Source: Deferribacterales bacterium
GTDB lineage: Bacteria > Chrysiogenota > Deferribacteres > Deferribacterales > Geovibrionaceae
Reading direction: 5' to 3'
Assembly: GCA_050251945.1 (NCBI GenBank)
Contig: JBFWLW010000007.1
Span: 32,001 to 96,000 of the forward strand
DNA length: 64,000 nucleotides
Part shown: positions 59,945 to 64,000 of the stretch, piece by piece
Layout: the number at the start of each line of letters is the position of its first letter
How positions within the stretch are numbered: position 1 is the first letter of the stretch
Program-made: the position numbers and the translations under genes
The notes under the pieces: generated by a model
What the model was told of the DNA's origin: nothing
Database searches by the model: none
What the model saw: the letters and a program-made list of their open reading frames with translations, nothing else

Positions 59945-61264
59945 ATGCACCGAAAAATCAAAAAAGGACTCGATCTGCCGATAAAGGGGCGTCCATCCGG
60001 CGAAATAGCCGATATGACGACAGTAGGCAGAGTTGGTATTCTGGGGGATGATTACCCCGGTCTGCGACCTTCTATTAAGGTACGGGTCGGGGACAGAGTG
60101 AAAAAAGGACAGCTTCTTTTCACCGACCGCAAGAATCCATCACTTTATTTCACAGCGTTTGCATCAGGAACAGTTGCGGAGATAAACCGCGGGGAGAAAA
60201 GGAAATTTCTTTCTCTTGTCATTGAAAAGGACGGAAGCGAACCTGAACGGTTCGACACTGACGTTTCGGACAGAGCGAAGGTTCTGGAACTTTTAAAGGT
60301 TTCGGGTCTGCTCACAAAATTCCGTAAACGCCCGTTTTCAGTGTGCGTACGCGAAGAGGAACAGCCGGAGGCGGTGTTTGTAAACTGTATGGACACCAGA
60401 CCGCTTGCACCGGATGCCTCTTTGATATTATCTCATTACAAAGACTATTTTTACGAGGGTCTTAAGGCAGTCGCCAAGCTATCGGGCAAAACCTATGCCT
60501 GCTGCGGAAACGGAGTGAGCATTAACGCTGTCGAAGGCGTCGAGGTCGCAGTTTTCGACGGTGTACACCCTGCCGGACTGACAGGCACACACGTCCACTT
60601 CCTGCGCCCTGTCGCACAGGGAAAAATTGTCTGGACGGTTGACATGCAGACGGTCATAGACCTCGGATATCTCATTAAAAATAAAGAGCTTAACGAAGAG
60701 CGCATAATTGCAACAGGCGGTACGATGGTGGAAAATCCATGCCATATCCGCACTGTGCACGGTGCCTGCATAACATGGCTCACCAGAGGAAGAATAAAGA
60801 CCGGAGAGGTGCGCATGATAAACGGTTCGGTGCTGTACGGATTTTCCGTAACACCCGAAACGGCGTATCTGTCTGAAAACTTCGCTCAGATTTCCGCCGT
60901 TGCGGAGCAGACCGACCGTCCGTTCATGGGCTGGCTGCTCCCCGGATTCAGGATGCATTCAGTAGTGAATATCTTTGCCTCTAAGGTCTTCGGAGAAAAG
61001 GACATAAAATTTGACACTTCTCTGAACGGCAGTTTCAGGGCTATGATTCCCGTCGGCACATATGAAAAGGTGATGCCGCTGGATATCCTGCCCACGCACC
61101 TTCTGAGAGCCTTGCAGATGAAAGATTACGAAGGGGCGGAAAAACTCGGCGCTCTGGAACTTTCCGAGGAAGACCTGAGCCTCTGTACCTACGTCTGTCC
61201 GGGCAAAACGGACTATGCGCCTCTGCTGCGCGATGCCCTCACAACCATTGAGAAGGAGGGCTGA
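59945..61264 (+). CDS. nqrA: Na+-translocating NADH:quinone reductase subunit A
   Basis: IKKGLDLPI, DTRPLA, HPAG, CTYVCPGK. Confidence 0.92.
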   Translation: MHRKIKKGLDLPIKGRPSGEIADMTTVGRVGILGDDYPGLRPSIKVRVGDRVKKGQLLFTDRKNPSLYFTAFASGTVAEINRGEKRKFLSLVIEKDGSEPERFDTDVSDRAKVLELLKVSGLLTKFRKRPFSVCVREEEQPEAVFVNCMDTRPLAPDASLILSHYKDYFYEGLKAVAKLSGKTYACCGNGVSINAVEGVEVAVFDGVHPAGLTGTHVHFLRPVAQGKIVWTVDMQTVIDLGYLIKNKELNEERIIATGGTMVENPCHIRTVHGACITWLTRGRIKTGEVRMINGSVLYGFSVTPETAYLSENFAQISAVAEQTDRPFMGWLLPGFRMHSVVNIFASKVFGEKDIKFDTSLNGSFRAMIPVGTYEKVMPLDILPTHLLRALQMKDYEGAEKLGALELSEEDLSLCTYVCPGKTDYAPLLRDALTTIEKEG

Positions 61265-61266
61265 CA

Positions 61267-62457
61267 ATGAGAAAATTCTTTGAAAAACATAAGCATCTTT
61301 TCGAGAAGGGCGGAAAATATGAAATGTGGTACCCCGTTTTTGAAATGGCGGACACCTTTTTATATAACCCGCTACATAGAACTAAAGGGACAACCCACCT
61401 GCGCGACGGTATCGACCTTAAGAGGATAATGATAACTGTCGTTGTGGCGCTGATCCCCTGCGTGCTGATGGCGCTTTACAACACAGGGTTACAAGCGAAC
61501 ATTGCTATTGCGGCATCCGGTGCCGAAAACCTTGAGGGCTGGCGTCATGTGCTGATACGCGCCATGGGTGTCGGTTATGACCCGAACAGCATCGGCGCGA
61601 ATTTCTTCCACGGCGCTTTGTACTTTTTGCCGCTGTATATAGTGACACTTGCCGTGGGCGGTTTCTGGGAACTTCTGTTCTCCGTTATCCGCAAACATGA
61701 GATAGGCGAGGCGTTCCTTGTTACAAGCCTGCTCTATCCGCTGATCCTGCCGCCCACCGTCCCGATATGGGAAGCGATGGTTGCTCTTTCGGTGGGGCTT
61801 GTGCTGGGTAAGGAAGTTTTCGGCGGAACGGGACGCAACTTTGTAAACCCCGCGCTGTTTGCCCGCGCGATACTCTTTTTCTCATATCCCGCCGGTATCT
61901 CAGGTGACACTACGTGGGTTGCCGTTGACGGGTACAGCTATGCTACACCGCTGGCATCGCAGTCATTTGCCGGACACATAAACGTCACATGGATGGACGC
62001 TTTTCTGGGGTTTATCCCCGGTTCAATGGGTGAAACGTCCGCTCTGGCGTGCCTGTTCGGTGCGGCAGTGCTTATCTACACAGGGATAGGTTCATGGCGT
62101 ATCATGGTTTCTTCCGTGGCGGGACTGGTTATCATAACCGGACTGTTCAACGTTATAGGTTCCGATACGAATTATATGTTTTCGCTTACCCCCGACTGGC
62201 ACCTTGTCATAGGCGGGTTTGCGTTCGCAACGGTGTTTATGGCGACCGATCCTGTTTCGGCGGCATACACCGATAAAGGAAAGTATTATTACGGATTTCT
62301 GATAGGAGCCATGACCGCTCTGGTGCGGGTTGTCAACCCTGCATATCCTGAAGGAGCGATGCTTGCGGTACTTTTCGCAAACATTTTCGCCCCGCTTATG
62401 GATTATCTGGTCATGAGAGCGAATGTAGCAAGGAGGGCGAAGAGATATGCGGCGTGA
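61267..62457 (+). CDS. nqrB: NQR subunit B
   Basis: KEVFGGTG, GSMGETS, FMATDPVS. Confidence 0.93.
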   Translation: MRKFFEKHKHLFEKGGKYEMWYPVFEMADTFLYNPLHRTKGTTHLRDGIDLKRIMITVVVALIPCVLMALYNTGLQANIAIAASGAENLEGWRHVLIRAMGVGYDPNSIGANFFHGALYFLPLYIVTLAVGGFWELLFSVIRKHEIGEAFLVTSLLYPLILPPTVPIWEAMVALSVGLVLGKEVFGGTGRNFVNPALFARAILFFSYPAGISGDTTWVAVDGYSYATPLASQSFAGHINVTWMDAFLGFIPGSMGETSALACLFGAAVLIYTGIGSWRIMVSSVAGLVIITGLFNVIGSDTNYMFSLTPDWHLVIGGFAFATVFMATDPVSAAYTDKGKYYYGFLIGAMTALVRVVNPAYPEGAMLAVLFANIFAPLMDYLVMRANVARRAKRYAA

Positions 62458-63205
62458 AAGCGATCTTAGAACGTTTCTGATAGCCCTCGTGCTGGCTGTC
62501 ATCTGTTCATTCTTTGTTGCGGGGGCAAATGTGCTTCTGAAACCCAGACAGGACATGAACAAGGAACTGGAAAGGAAAAAGAATATCCTGCTTGCCGCGG
62601 GAATTCTGAAATCAGACACGGACATCAACAAGGAATTCGGTTCAGTTGAGACGTACCTTGTTGATATGAAGACGGGCAAGTCCGAAAAGGGCGACGCAGG
62701 CAAATATTTTGAAAGCATCAGAAAGCTTGCTGCGGCGAAAGATGCTGTGCATCTGACAAAACAGCAGGATATTGCCGTTATAAAGAGCATACCTGCTAAG
62801 ATTCCCGTTTTCATTCTGCGCGACGGGGACGGAAAGATAGCGAAGGTGGTAATGCCCGTTTACGGTTCGGGGCTTTGGAGTACGATGTACGGCTTTATGG
62901 CGCTGAACAGTGATCTTAACTCCGTGAGCGGCATAACTTTCTATGAACATGGCGAAACCCCGGGGCTTGGCGGCGAGATAGACAATCCGCTGTGGAAGGC
63001 TCAATGGGTTGACAAAAAAATATACGGAAACGACGGTTCGGTGGCGCTTTCAGTTGTTAAAGGCGGAGCGAAAGGCGAAAGTCAGGTGGATTCACTCAGC
63101 GGCGCGACAATGACAAGCCGCGGCGTTGAAAACACAGTGCGTTTCTGGATGGGTCAGGACGGGTTCGGAAAATATCTGAACTCGCTGAAACAGGGGGGTG
63201 CTTAA
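62447..63205 (+). CDS. nqrC: NQR subunit C
   Basis: [20 protein letters not shown]. Confidence 0.93.
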   Translation: MRRESDLRTFLIALVLAVICSFFVAGANVLLKPRQDMNKELERKKNILLAAGILKSDTDINKEFGSVETYLVDMKTGKSEKGDAGKYFESIRKLAAAKDAVHLTKQQDIAVIKSIPAKIPVFILRDGDGKIAKVVMPVYGSGLWSTMYGFMALNSDLNSVSGITFYEHGETPGLGGEIDNPLWKAQWVDKKIYGNDGSVALSVVKGGAKGESQVDSLSGATMTSRGVENTVRFWMGQDGFGKYLNSLKQGGA

Positions 63206-63816
63206 TGTCGGCTATGAAGGTCTTCACAGACCCCATCATAAAAAATAACCCCATCGCCGTGCAGGTGCTGGGCATCTGTTCCACACTGGCTGTCACAACC
63301 AAACTGGAAGTGACCCTTGTTATGGCGATATCCGTTATGACCGTTGTGGCGCTTTCAAACCTGTTCCTCTCTATGATGCGCAACCTCATGCCATCAAGCA
63401 TCAGGCTCATCATCGAAATGACGGTTGTCGCAACACTGGTCATCATCGCAGATCAGATAATCAAGGCATACATGTTCGACATAAGCAAACAGCTTTCGGT
63501 GTTCATGGGGCTTATCATCACCAACTGTATCATTATGGGACGTGCGGAGGCGTATGCTATCAGCAACCCGCCTTTCAAAAGTTTTCTTGACGGTCTGGGC
63601 AACGGCGCGGGCTACGGTCTGGTGCTTATCATAATTGCCACCATCAGGGAGCTTGTTGGTTCCGGCAAACTGCTTGGATTTACCATACTGCCCTCTGTGA
63701 ATTCCGGCGGATGGTATCAGCCGAACGGTCTGTTCCTCCTTGCGCCCAGCGCGTTTTTCCTGATCGGCATCCTGATATGGATAGCCAGACTTACAGTTGT
63801 TAAGGCGGAGGACTGA
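63205..63816 (+). CDS. nqrD: NQR subunit D
   Basis: [23 protein letters not shown]. Confidence 0.93.
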   Translation: MSAMKVFTDPIIKNNPIAVQVLGICSTLAVTTKLEVTLVMAISVMTVVALSNLFLSMMRNLMPSSIRLIIEMTVVATLVIIADQIIKAYMFDISKQLSVFMGLIITNCIIMGRAEAYAISNPPFKSFLDGLGNGAGYGLVLIIIATIRELVGSGKLLGFTILPSVNSGGWYQPNGLFLLAPSAFFLIGILIWIARLTVVKAED

Positions 63817-63817
63817 T

Positions 63818-64000
63818 ATGGAAGCATACCTTTCGCTGTTCATAAAATCAATTTTCATCGAGAATATGGCACTGTCCTTCTTCCTGGGCATGTGTACCTT
63901 TATCGCCGTTTCAAAGAAGGTTGAGACCGCTTTCGGGCTTGGCGTTGCTGTCGTCGTCGTTCAGGCGATAACTGTTCCCGCGAATAACCTGCTTTACAGG
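63818..64000 (+). CDS. nqrE: NQR subunit E (partial, runs off the window)
   Basis: [35 protein letters not shown]. Confidence 0.9.
   Translation, partial: MEAYLSLFIKSIFIENMALSFFLGMCTFIAVSKKVETAFGLGVAVVVVQAITVPANNLLYR

Overview
Bacterial chromosomal window of moderate GC with dense housekeeping and signalling genes. Gene content (NQR, Desulfovibrio-type bacterioferritin, several paralogous MCPs, sigma-54 promoters) suggests a Gram-negative anaerobe; a Deferribacterales-like origin is my impression only. Recognisable genes: ppaC, acnA, uraA-upp, nhaA, eno, nadB, htpG, bfr, an rqcH-like gene, nqrABCD and partial nqrE, a polar amino-acid ABC transporter, three MCPs and three tRNAs (Gly-GCC twice, Cys-GCA). 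Two sharply AT-rich inserts look like defence loci. The first (33.8-37.0 kb, behind tRNA-Cys) pairs a PD-(D/E)xK + DGQHR + HEPN fusion protein with a Dam-family methyltransferase and is the best candidate for an undescribed system. The second (42.7-45.2 kb) is a stand-alone SIR2 + TPR-like gene. Other signals: a 102-bp duplication of the eno 3' end differing only at synonymous sites; three families of palindromic intergenic repeats stacked behind terminators; a permease-less SBP/GTPase/ABC-ATPase/YgbA operon behind an FNR-type box; a 52-aa Zn-ribbon ORF missing from the ORF track; candidate sRNAs; and a probable CTG start for rqcH. All calls come from motif reading by eye, without database searches.
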